Assembly (NCBI GenBank): GCA_036386835.1
Contig: DASVUX010000011.1
Span: 456,190-520,189, forward strand
Reading direction: 5' to 3'
Length of the DNA stretch: 64,000 nt
From: Bacteroidia bacterium
GTDB lineage: Bacteria > Bacteroidota > Bacteroidia > 2-12-FULL-35-15
A program made the translations under genes and the position numbers. Position 1 is the first letter of the stretch. Each line of letters begins with the position of its first letter. Shown in pieces: positions 18,301-25,897 of this stretch. Under the pieces are notes generated by a model that ran no database searches, was not told where the DNA came from, and saw only the letters and a list, made by a program, of their open reading frames with translations.

Positions 18301-20137
18301 AGGATTATATTATGTTGATATAACAACTGCTCAGGGTTGTACAATTAGAGACAGCATAAATCTTATCATTAATGATCCGCCTTTGGTTGACCTGGGTGCA
18401 GATGCTGCTTTCTGTGAAGGTGATTCCATTATGCTTGATGCGGCAAACACCGGTTTCAGCTTTTTATGGAACGATTCAAGCACGGGACAAACAATCACTG
18501 TAGGTGATGCGGGCAGTTATTATGTAACAGTAACCAATCCGATGACTTCCTGTTATGCTTCAGACACCATCATGGTAACTGTGAATCCGTTGCCGCTAAT
18601 AGGCTTCGGGTCCGATACTTCTTTTTGTACCGGTGATTCTGTGATCCTGGATGCAGGTAACCCGGGAGCATCTTACGCATGGAGCAACTCCGCTGTATCG
18701 CAAACGATAACAGTATCTTCTCCCGGTACGTACTTCGTTTTCGTGACTGACATGGGCACTTCATGTTACAGCGCGGATACGATCACCATTTCGCAAAATG
18801 TCCTGCCTGTTGTATCCCTTGGCCCTGATACGGCCATTTGTAATGGAAGCACACTCACGCTTAATGCGGGTCACCCGGGGTCGATGTACGCCTGGAGTGA
18901 TTTGTCATCATTGCAAACCATTAATGTAAGCATGGCCGGAACATATTCTGTGCTGGTGACAGACTCGAATGGATGTAAAGGCAGTGATTCGATCAATGTT
19001 TCTATCAATGCCCTGCCAATTGTAGATCTTGGCCTGGATACCGTTCAGTGTGCCGGCACAGTATTGCTTGATGCCGGTAATCCGGGGCTGACATATATGT
19101 GGAACAATTCAAGCTCCGCACAAACGATCACAGCAATAACAACAGGTGCTTACTTTGTTGCAGTAACAGATAATAATGCATGTACAGCCGTAGATTCTAT
19201 TCATGTGACTATTAATCCACTGCCTGTGATCGATCTTGGTAATGATACTGTAATGTGCGGGGGCTCATTGGTGCTCGATGCAGGTAATCCGGGCTTCATG
19301 CATGTTTGGTATAATAATGCAACTACTCAGACCCTGACGGTGTATGCAAGCAATACGATCAGCGTCACAGTCACGGATCCGGTGACAGGCTGCGTGAATA
19401 TGGACACGATAAATGTAATCTTCAATCAATATCCTGTTGTTGATTTAGGTGCTGATATCTCACAATGTGCAGGCTCAGTAACTCTTGATGCGGATAATGC
19501 AGGTGCATCGTTTTTGTGGAATTCAATGGCATCAACTCAAACGATCAGTGTGTCAAGCAGCGGTACATATACGGTTGCAGTAACAAGTAACGGATGTACC
19601 GCAATGGATACAATTTCTGTAACGATACATCCGCTTCCTGTAATGGGTTTCCCTGCAATTGCGGCAATCTGTATCCAGGGTGATCCTGTTAATTTGAGCG
19701 CAAGCCCTGCTGGTGGAATTTTCACCGGGGATTCAGCCGTAGCTGCTGGTGCATTCTCTCCGTTTATTGCGGGAGTTGGGGCGCACGCAGTACTTTATAC
19801 ATATACAGATGCCAACAACTGTTCAAATTCCATTATGCAGACGATCAATGTTGCTGATTGTACCGGTATAGAAGAGAATGAGAACGAAGCTGGCTTTGAA
19901 GTGTTCCCGAACCCTTCCAGCGGAATGATCAGTATTTCACTGGTAGATGTCAGCTACAGGGAAATGACCATCAGTGTAACGGATTTGCAGGGAAAAGAAG
20001 TTTTCAGAAATTCCAGGGAAAATATTTCCGGAAGCCTGTTGATCCCGGTTAACCTGGAAGGTTTTGCAAAGGGATTTTATTATGTGAAGCTGCAGTCTGA
20101 TGCAGACATCAAAATTAAAAAGGTAGTTATAAATTAA
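15368..20137 (+). CDS. giant T9SS-secreted adhesin-like protein (GEVED domain, about seven 70-aa Ig-like repeats, T9SS CTD)
   Basis: Signal peptide MKHFSYFKTGIFLLLVCCAPALKLNAQ. It carries a module paralogous to the preceding gene (CSGSPVAGS...YQWQSS.DG...YYQVIVTCT) and a GETEDYIINV block. The tail is VFPNPSSGMISISL...GFYYVKLQ...KKVVIN. Confidence 0.85.
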   Translation: MKHFSYFKTGIFLLLVCCAPALKLNAQVSAYTFSSSAGTYTPITGGTVITSGTSDDNTFGALNIGFPFTYNNIVYNQFGLNVNGWISMGPGVPTSSYTPISGGTTNNIISGLGRDLQLGFNSIGDRVLGSNTITNVTGTDGFMPGDVITATGFPAGTTIVSVGANALTVSNNATSNGTGVSLTVNGEIRYETIGTAPNRVTVIQWTRARRFGTAATTGRNTFYNFQIRLYETTNVVEVVYGTFVTNPTSSTYEIGLRGATNTDFNNRSTTTDWAATTAGATNNATLTMTTAVFPAPGQTYTWTPPLICSGSPVAGSTASSANPACSGVSFTLSLSGTTVASGLNYQWQSSSDGMSYSNIAGATGMTYNATQTATTYYQVIVTCTGSGLSSASTPVHVTMNSFYSCYCAAVNSGSACITNVTINNLNNSTPGCAVNNYSQQSATTNLFLGASYTFSITTDATSITSVWFDWNQNGVFEASEWYQPNTTGTTGSVNVTVPMTAITGLTGMRVRSRSSGNANGANDACTNMGSGETEDYIINVVALPPNPPAPVQDPALPTCSAGTDLSVPGSPAAGDAWYWQTTATGTSLTNPVSGPYTVFLNGTYYVRTFNSTNNVWSSGASSVVVGNIPVAPAPPAPVAAASPACMNTTISVAAPPAGTAYFWQGTNNNGASNAQPAMVPFPVSSSGTYYVAAYDSATSCWSNTSSLPVVINTFIPSPPAVAVDSIIMCQGGPSAVFTATTPSSDSVIVSFGLNLQSPGTPVTFTVTVPSIPAGATITNTQLQIDSAFARTPSYRSEIRVALSGATTLAATQISALTSAGLIAPDPVVTVPNLPLAGGNVTLTLTETLNDGGTTVDATFGEVRLIIRYTIPSSTVSWWDASSGGVQQGTGSPFQAVGTSLLPNTNLPGTYTFYAEANSGSCSSTRVPVSVIINPLPILVLNDTTICSGDPYILNAGNGGSTYLWNTGDVTQTISATIGGLYYVDITTAQGCTIRDSINLIINDPPLVDLGADAAFCEGDSIMLDAANTGFSFLWNDSSTGQTITVGDAGSYYVTVTNPMTSCYASDTIMVTVNPLPLIGFGSDTSFCTGDSVILDAGNPGASYAWSNSAVSQTITVSSPGTYFVFVTDMGTSCYSADTITISQNVLPVVSLGPDTAICNGSTLTLNAGHPGSMYAWSDLSSLQTINVSMAGTYSVLVTDSNGCKGSDSINVSINALPIVDLGLDTVQCAGTVLLDAGNPGLTYMWNNSSSAQTITAITTGAYFVAVTDNNACTAVDSIHVTINPLPVIDLGNDTVMCGGSLVLDAGNPGFMHVWYNNATTQTLTVYASNTISVTVTDPVTGCVNMDTINVIFNQYPVVDLGADISQCAGSVTLDADNAGASFLWNSMASTQTISVSSSGTYTVAVTSNGCTAMDTISVTIHPLPVMGFPAIAAICIQGDPVNLSASPAGGIFTGDSAVAAGAFSPFIAGVGAHAVLYTYTDANNCSNSIMQTINVADCTGIEENENEAGFEVFPNPSSGMISISLVDVSYREMTISVTDLQGKEVFRNSRENISGSLLIPVNLEGFAKGFYYVKLQSDADIKIKKVVIN
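18164..19627 (+). repeat. seven diverged in-frame ~70-aa repeats (NPLPxxDLGxDTxxCxG...LDAGNPGxxYxW...QTITV...YxVxVTD..xC...DxIxVxI)
   Basis: The periodic motif is read directly from the translation. The units are diverged at DNA level, unlike the repeat at 13395-14756. Confidence 0.8.
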
Positions 20138-20149
20138 AACACTTAAAAC

Positions 20150-20183
20150 AAAACCCTCTTCAGGCGAAGAGGGTTTTGTTTTT
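20150..20183. terminator. bidirectional rho-independent terminator shared by convergent genes
   Basis: Stem aaaaccctcttc / gaagagggtttt with loop aggc. It is flanked by an A-run on one side and a T-run on the other. The stop codon of the minus-strand gene abuts it. Confidence 0.75.
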
Positions 20184-20691
20184 ACTTTGGCTTTTTATAA
20201 AGAGGAACAGTGGAGCAGGCTTCCCCATACATGATGCTCTTTGCAACCGGCCGGAGTATTGCCGTAAGCTGAACGAATGCAGATTTTGGAACGGGAAGCT
20301 TTCCGCATCCTTTAATGACAATGCGGGCATCCGTATATGTTTCCATATTGATTCCGGAGAGAGTATCATTATAGAGGATCGTCTCCAATGTTTCCAGGTC
20401 ACCGAAAACAACTTTCTTAGCAAAAGGTTCTATGCTTGTTGTTAGGAGCATATACGCCCAGGTAGGCACGATCGCATCTGCGCTACAGGTAATTGCAACA
20501 TATTTATCCTTGTACTTTGTCCAGTCCTCATTCTTTATAAACTCGCGGAAATCTTTTTCGCGAAGTATAAGGCCCTGGAACAAGTGATTTTTTATGTCAA
20601 ACAGCACACGTTCACCGGGAAGATAAAACTCTTCAAGGTCAATTGTGATCAGGCCGCTTTGAGAAACTTTATTTATGATTTCATTTTCCAT
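20182..20691 (-). CDS. DUF2480-family protein (suf-associated in Bacteroidota)
   Basis: 169 aa and last gene of the suf run. I recognise the sequence pattern LITIDLEEFY...FDIK..LF.GLILREKDFR from DUF2480 proteins. Confidence 0.65.
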   Translation of the reverse strand: MENEIINKVSQSGLITIDLEEFYLPGERVLFDIKNHLFQGLILREKDFREFIKNEDWTKYKDKYVAITCSADAIVPTWAYMLLTTSIEPFAKKVVFGDLETLETILYNDTLSGINMETYTDARIVIKGCGKLPVPKSAFVQLTAILRPVAKSIMYGEACSTVPLYKKPK

Positions 20692-20702
20692 TATTACCGG
20701 TA

Positions 20703-21032
20703 TTACATGAAACCTAACTCAAGCTGTGCAACTTCACTCATCATATCCTTTTCCCAGGGCGGTTCAAAAGTAAGTTCGATCTTTGCCGAACGGATGCCTT
20801 CAATGTCGCGTAGTTTGGCTTCTATTTCAGGAGGCAGCGTTTCGGCAACCGGACATGATGGAGAAGTAAGTGTCATCTTTACCATCAGGTTGCTTTCCTC
20901 GTCAATATTTATTTCATAGATAAGCCCTAGTTCCCATACATCAACAGGGATCTCAGGATCATAGCATGTTTTTATAGTATCAATAACACGTTGCGTGAGC
21001 TCTGTATTATGTGTGTTTATTATAGCAGGCAT
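20703..21032 (-). CDS. SUF-system Fe-S assembly protein, DUF59/SufT-like
   Basis: Contains the blocks CYDPEIPVDVWELGLIY and MTLTSPSCPVA, which form the DUF59 signature. Confidence 0.8.
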   Translation of the reverse strand: MPAIINTHNTELTQRVIDTIKTCYDPEIPVDVWELGLIYEINIDEESNLMVKMTLTSPSCPVAETLPPEIEAKLRDIEGIRSAKIELTFEPPWEKDMMSEVAQLELGFM

Positions 21033-21056
21033 TATTTTCTTTATGTTAATTTCGGG

Positions 21057-21476
21057 TCAGCCCCTTGTTTTATATGCTAATGCATCAAGCTTCATTTGTT
21101 TGATCATGCTTACCAGGCCATTGCTTCTTGTCGGTGAAAGATGTTGCGTCAGCCCTACTTTCTCAACGAAATCCAGCTTTGCATTTATGATTTCATCAGG
21201 TGTATGTCCTGAAAGAACCCTTACCATTAATGCCACCATTCCTTTCGTTATTATAGCATCGCTATCTGCCGAATAATGGATCTTACCATCTTTAAGTTCT
21301 GAATGAAGCCATACGCGGCTCTGGCATCCCTTAATGATCTTATCCTCCGTCTTGTGTTCATCGTTTATTAATGGGAGCGATTTTCCAAGATCGATGATGT
21401 GCTCATACTTCTGCATCCAGTCGTCAAAGATCTCAAACTCTTCTATTATTTCCTTTTCAGTTTCTTCTATCGACAT
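21057..21476 (-). CDS. sufE: cysteine desulfuration protein SufE
   Basis: Active-site block GCQSRVW, 139 aa, directly downstream of sufS. Confidence 0.85.
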   Translation of the reverse strand: MSIEETEKEIIEEFEIFDDWMQKYEHIIDLGKSLPLINDEHKTEDKIIKGCQSRVWLHSELKDGKIHYSADSDAIITKGMVALMVRVLSGHTPDEIINAKLDFVEKVGLTQHLSPTRSNGLVSMIKQMKLDALAYKTRG

Positions 21477-21500
21477 ACTTATTATGGTTTCTGAAAAGGA

Positions 21501-22748
21501 TTATTTTAACATTTTAATTGCCCGTTCAAGCCCGGCAATAAACTGGTCTATTTCTTCTTTTGTGTTATAAAATGCAAATGCTGCCCTTACAGTTCCCTGG
21601 ATGCAATAATGCGACATCAGCGGTTGTGTGCAGTGATGGCCAGTTCTTACAGCAATCCCAAGCTGATCGAGAATGGTGCCAATGTCAAAGGCATGAATTC
21701 CTTCTACCACAAATGAGATAACACTCGCTTTGTTTTTCGCTGTTCCGATTATCCTTACACCTTCGGTTTTTTCTAAAAGGGAAGTTGCATATCTTAACAG
21801 TCCATCTTCATAAGCTGCGATCTTATCAAGGCCGATATTGTTTACATAATCGATTGCTGCAGCAAGCCCGATCCCTCCTTCAATATGCGGGGTCCCTGCT
21901 TCAAACCGCAGGGGAACATCGGCATATTCAGTCTTTTCAAAGGAAACAGTTTTGATCGTTCCTCCGCCAACCTTGTATGGCGGCAGCTGCTCAAGCCATT
22001 TTTCCTTGCCGTATAAAATACCAACACCGGTGGGGCCGAAAAGTTTATGCCCGCTGAAACAATAGAAGTCAGCATCCAGGTCCTGCACATCAACGCTTGT
22101 ATGCGGTACTGCCTGTGCGCCATCCACAAGCACGGGAATGTTCTGGGCATGTGCCATGGCAACCATTGCTTTAACCGGGTTGATAGTTCCAAGCGTATTG
22201 GAAATGTGCGTTACCGCAACGATCTTTGTATTGGTATTCAGAAGCTCTTCATATTCTTCAATTAATAACTCACCATTCTCATTGATCGGTACGATCTTTA
22301 AGAATGCGCCTCTTTCTTCACATACGAGCTGCCATGGAAGGATATTCGAATGATGTTCCATGGCGGTCACAATCACTTCATCGCCTTTCGTAATGAATTT
22401 TTTGGCGAAAGAATGTGCAACAAGATTTATAGATTCGGTAGTGCCTGAAGTAAATATTATTTCGTTCGGGGCTTTAGCGTTCAGATGCTTCTGCACCGTT
22501 GCCCGTGCGCTTTCGTAAGCCACCGTTATTTCCTGGCTGAGTGTATGAACTCCCCGGTGGATATTTGCGTTCTGTGATTTATAAAAATTGGTTATCGCAT
22601 CAATCACCTGGATGGGCTTTTGGGAAGTAGCCCCGTTGTCGAAATAGATCAGCGTTTTCCCATTTACTCTCCGCGAGAGAATAGGAAAATCAGCCCGGAT
22701 TTTTTCGATGTTAAGCTCTGGTTTCTGTAAGGTTTCTGACTCGGCCAT
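21501..22748 (-). CDS. sufS: cysteine desulfurase, SufS (group II)
   Basis: Contains the blocks FPIL...YFDNGATSQKP, SGHKL.GPTG.G and RTGHHC. The start is set at MAESE, 12 nt downstream of a minus-strand -7 box. Confidence 0.9.
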   Translation of the reverse strand: MAESETLQKPELNIEKIRADFPILSRRVNGKTLIYFDNGATSQKPIQVIDAITNFYKSQNANIHRGVHTLSQEITVAYESARATVQKHLNAKAPNEIIFTSGTTESINLVAHSFAKKFITKGDEVIVTAMEHHSNILPWQLVCEERGAFLKIVPINENGELLIEEYEELLNTNTKIVAVTHISNTLGTINPVKAMVAMAHAQNIPVLVDGAQAVPHTSVDVQDLDADFYCFSGHKLFGPTGVGILYGKEKWLEQLPPYKVGGGTIKTVSFEKTEYADVPLRFEAGTPHIEGGIGLAAAIDYVNNIGLDKIAAYEDGLLRYATSLLEKTEGVRIIGTAKNKASVISFVVEGIHAFDIGTILDQLGIAVRTGHHCTQPLMSHYCIQGTVRAAFAFYNTKEEIDQFIAGLERAIKMLK

Positions 22749-22759
22749 AATTGTGACTG

Positions 22760-22767
22760 CAAAGTTA
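22760..22767 (-). promoter_or_regulatory. -7 box (TAacTTTG on minus strand) for sufS
   Basis: The forward sequence caaagtta sits 12 nt upstream of the ATG at 22748. Confidence 0.4.
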
Positions 22768-22842
22768 AGAATAATTCTAAATAAGGCGGCTTTTCCGCTC
22801 AAATTAAGTGCTTCGGACTTATGGATATTGCTGTCGATTGAG

Positions 22843-22850
22843 TATTTTTG
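22843..22850 (+). promoter_or_regulatory. -7 box (TAttTTTG) for the IscS/NifS-like gene
   Basis: The exact match ends 5 nt before the GTG at 22855. Confidence 0.35.
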
Positions 22851-22854
22851 TGCT

Positions 22855-24012
22855 GTGAAAGCACCCGTTTACCTCGACAATAATGCCACCACCCCGCTTG
22901 ATAAAAGAGTGCTGGATGCGATGATGCCTTACCTGACTGATAAATTCGGAAATGCATCAAGTAAAACACATGCTTTTGGATGGGTAAGCAATGAAGCTGT
23001 GAAGGTGGCAAGGATTCAAGTCGCTGATCTGATCAATTGCCTTGAACAGGAGATTGTTTTTACTTCTGGTGCTACCGAAGCCGTTAACCTGGCTATTAAA
23101 GGCATATGGGAAAATTACAAATCCAAAGGTGATCATATCATTACAGTTAAAACCGAACACAAGGCTGTTCTTGATACGTGTGCAGCATTGGAAAAACGCG
23201 GTGCAAGGGTCACGTATCTTTCTGTTGACCGGGAAGGGCTGATTGATCTTGAAGAATTAAAAAGCGCATTGACAGATAAAACTATTCTTGTTTCAGTCAT
23301 GTACGTTAATAATGAAACAGGGGTGATGCAGCCCATAAAGCAGATCGCGGAATTGGTCCATGCCGCCGGGAGCATTTTTATGTGTGATGCCAGCCAGGCG
23401 GTAGGAAAGATCAGTATTGATGTGGAGAAAGATCATATCGATCTTTTGTGTCTGAGTGCCCACAAGTTTTATGGTCCTAAAGGAGTTGGTGCTCTATATA
23501 TCAGGAGAAAAGGCCCGCGGGTAATTCTTCATCCCCAGATAGATGGAGGCGGCCATGAGCGCGGAATCCGATCGGGGACCCTAAACGTGCCGGGGATAGT
23601 TGGCCTGGGAAAAGCTTGTGAGATTTCCAAAGTGGAAATGCCGGAAGATGCTGCAAGAATCTCGGAATTAAGATCACATCTGGAAAGAATGTTATGTAGC
23701 TTGCCGGATGTGTTTGTAAATGGGAGCAAACAGCACAGGTTATATAATATAACTAACTTATGCTTTCAGGGGATCCGTTCAGAATCACTGATCGGGAAGA
23801 TCCCTCACATCGCGGTTGCGATGGGATCTGCTTGCACATCAGCCCTTCCGGAACCATCACATGTTTTAAAGGCGATGGGTTTAAGTGATGTCGATTCATA
23901 TTGCTCTGTGCGGTTCAGCCTGGGGAAAACAACTTCGGAAGAAGAGATTTCTGAAGTTGTGAAGAGCGTTAGCAGTGCACTAAAGCAGATAGCCGGTTCC
24001 GGCAGCAACTAA
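22855..24012 (+). CDS. cysteine desulfurase, IscS/NifS-like (group I)
   Basis: Contains VYLDNNATTP, SAHKFYGPKGVGALY and MGSACTSALPEPSHVL, which are group I motifs. I propose a GTG start because the conserved N-terminus precedes the first ATG. Confidence 0.85.
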   Translation: MKAPVYLDNNATTPLDKRVLDAMMPYLTDKFGNASSKTHAFGWVSNEAVKVARIQVADLINCLEQEIVFTSGATEAVNLAIKGIWENYKSKGDHIITVKTEHKAVLDTCAALEKRGARVTYLSVDREGLIDLEELKSALTDKTILVSVMYVNNETGVMQPIKQIAELVHAAGSIFMCDASQAVGKISIDVEKDHIDLLCLSAHKFYGPKGVGALYIRRKGPRVILHPQIDGGGHERGIRSGTLNVPGIVGLGKACEISKVEMPEDAARISELRSHLERMLCSLPDVFVNGSKQHRLYNITNLCFQGIRSESLIGKIPHIAVAMGSACTSALPEPSHVLKAMGLSDVDSYCSVRFSLGKTTSEEEISEVVKSVSSALKQIAGSGSN

Positions 24013-24077
24013 TAAAGGAATCATTACCGATGAGTTGTTTTTGTGAACAGAAGGGTGATGTCCCGGTTCTTTCAGAA

Positions 24078-24728
24078 TCAGTTAACAATAATTTTTTTGG
24101 TGATCAAATTACCATTGCTTTCTGTAATAACGAGGAAGTAATAACCTTTTTCGAGCTCTAAACTGTGCTGGAATGTTTCCGACCGGATATGCGAGGAGAA
24201 GATTGTTCTACCGCTCCTCCCGATAATATTTATAATCGGATTTCCGGAGAGATCTTTTGTTAAGATCTCCAGGTTTATAAACCCGGCAGGAGAGGGGTTC
24301 GGATAAACAGTTACCACCGATGTTGCCGTAGAGAGAACTTTGGAAATTATTTGTGAATACGATACCTGTCCGTCATCAGAAGTATGTTTTAACCGGAAAT
24401 ACCATGTCCCTTCCGGAGGTGCTTTTAACGTGACATGAAAATTCCTGGTGGAGGAATAATCGGTCGATCCTTTTATGATAGTGCAGTTTTCAAAATCTAT
24501 TGCATTGGAACTGTATTCTACATTGAACTCTTCCAGGTCTGCATCGGTAAGGATGCTCCATTCGCATTGGAGCTCTCCATCTTCCGGCAAAGCAACGTTA
24601 AAATTGTAGAATTCGTTTGATTTGCCTGACCTGACCGTGTCCTCCGGTGAAGTAAAATCGCGATCTGTTATCTGTGATAAAGCATTAAAAGATAATGCTA
24701 ATAATACAATAGTGTAAAGCTTCTTCAT
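24078..24728 (-). CDS. hypothetical secreted protein with T9SS C-terminal sorting domain
   Basis: Signal peptide present. The tail is VYPNPSPAGFINLEI...GYYFLVITES...KKIIVN. Confidence 0.7.
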   Translation of the reverse strand: MKKLYTIVLLALSFNALSQITDRDFTSPEDTVRSGKSNEFYNFNVALPEDGELQCEWSILTDADLEEFNVEYSSNAIDFENCTIIKGSTDYSSTRNFHVTLKAPPEGTWYFRLKHTSDDGQVSYSQIISKVLSTATSVVTVYPNPSPAGFINLEILTKDLSGNPIINIIGRSGRTIFSSHIRSETFQHSLELEKGYYFLVITESNGNLITKKIIVN

Positions 24729-24840
24729 GATACGGGAGTTTTGTTCTGCCGGTATAAAAGTAGCCTGGGAGTTTTCAATTTAAAAGACGGGCATCAGCCT
24801 CCCATGTCAGATGTAAGATTTTTTTGGTTTTTGTCAGGCG

Positions 24841-25881
24841 TCAGGCCTTGATATAAATAGACTTTTCGCCTTTAGCAGTCATCCTCCCGATAGGTTCAAT
24901 AAATTCCTCCATTCCTTCAGCTCTGAGAAGATCCTGGAACTCATTTTGCGAAGCGGGATTTACAGCAGTTAATAATCCTCCGTTCGTTTGCGGATCACAT
25001 AATGTCAGAAGGGAATCACCGGTTATTCCCGAAACCTTAGGATCATATCCGCTCCAGTTGCGAAAACTGTTATCAGGAACACACATCTGGGAGGTGTAAA
25101 AATTCAGGTCGCTGATCAGCGGAACTTTTGAATAGTCAAGCTCGACCGATAAACCAGCCCCTTCCGCCATTTCGATCAGGTGTCCTAATAAACCAAAGCC
25201 GGTTACATCAGTCATCGCAGAAACAAAGTTCAGCTTGCCGAATTTTTCACCTAGCTTATTTAATTGCATCATTTGGCGGGCAGCTACACCTTTGTGATCG
25301 TCCCGCAATAAGCCCTTCTTTTCTGCGGTGGTCAGAATTCCTACCCCGATCTTTTTCGTCAGGTAAAGAAGGTCGCCTTCTTTGGCTGTATTATTTTGCT
25401 TCAGGTCCTTTAAGTCGATGATCCCGGTAACGGCTAGCCCGAAAATAGGTTCGGGGCTGTCGATGCTGTGTCCGCCCGCTAAAGGAATCCCTGCTTCCGC
25501 ACAAATATTCCTTGCCCCATCAATTACCTTTCCTGCGAGTGCTGTGGAAAGCTTGTTTATCGGCCAGCCCAGTATAGCGATTGCAAGCAGAGGTTTACCT
25601 CCCATAGCATACACATCACTGATAGAATTGGCCGAAGCTATTTTACCAAAATCAAATGCGTCATCAACAATGGGCATAAAAAAATCGGTTGTGCTGATGA
25701 GGCCTTTCCCATTCCCGATATCATAAACAGCAGCGTCATCCCTGGTATTGTTTCCCACGATCAGCTTATCGTTACCGGGAGCAATGAAGTTCGATTTAAG
25801 GATCTCTTCAAGTACATGCGGGGCAATCTTGCAGCCGCAGCCTGCACCATGCGAGTATTGTGTTAATTTGATCTCTTCCAT
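24841..25881 (-). CDS. selD: selenide, water dikinase (Cys-type)
   Basis: N-terminal SHGAGCGCKIAP, with Cys rather than Sec at the active site. AIR-synthase-like fold blocks are present. The protein is 346 aa. Confidence 0.9.
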   Translation of the reverse strand: MEEIKLTQYSHGAGCGCKIAPHVLEEILKSNFIAPGNDKLIVGNNTRDDAAVYDIGNGKGLISTTDFFMPIVDDAFDFGKIASANSISDVYAMGGKPLLAIAILGWPINKLSTALAGKVIDGARNICAEAGIPLAGGHSIDSPEPIFGLAVTGIIDLKDLKQNNTAKEGDLLYLTKKIGVGILTTAEKKGLLRDDHKGVAARQMMQLNKLGEKFGKLNFVSAMTDVTGFGLLGHLIEMAEGAGLSVELDYSKVPLISDLNFYTSQMCVPDNSFRNWSGYDPKVSGITGDSLLTLCDPQTNGGLLTAVNPASQNEFQDLLRAEGMEEFIEPIGRMTAKGEKSIYIKA

Positions 25882-25897
25882 TTATACATCTATTTGG

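Noticed and set aside
20160-20445. ORFs 20160..20423 (minus) and 20176..20445 (plus)
   Set aside because: They overlap the DUF2480 gene and the bidirectional terminator. The in-frame 169-aa minus-strand ORF with family-like sequence explains the region.
22708-22854. 49-codon N-terminal extension of the IscS/NifS-like ORF overlapping the sufS start
   Set aside because: The extension overlaps the divergent sufS coding start and promoter and has no desulfurase counterpart. The conserved VYLDNNATTP N-terminus begins right after an in-frame GTG at 22855.
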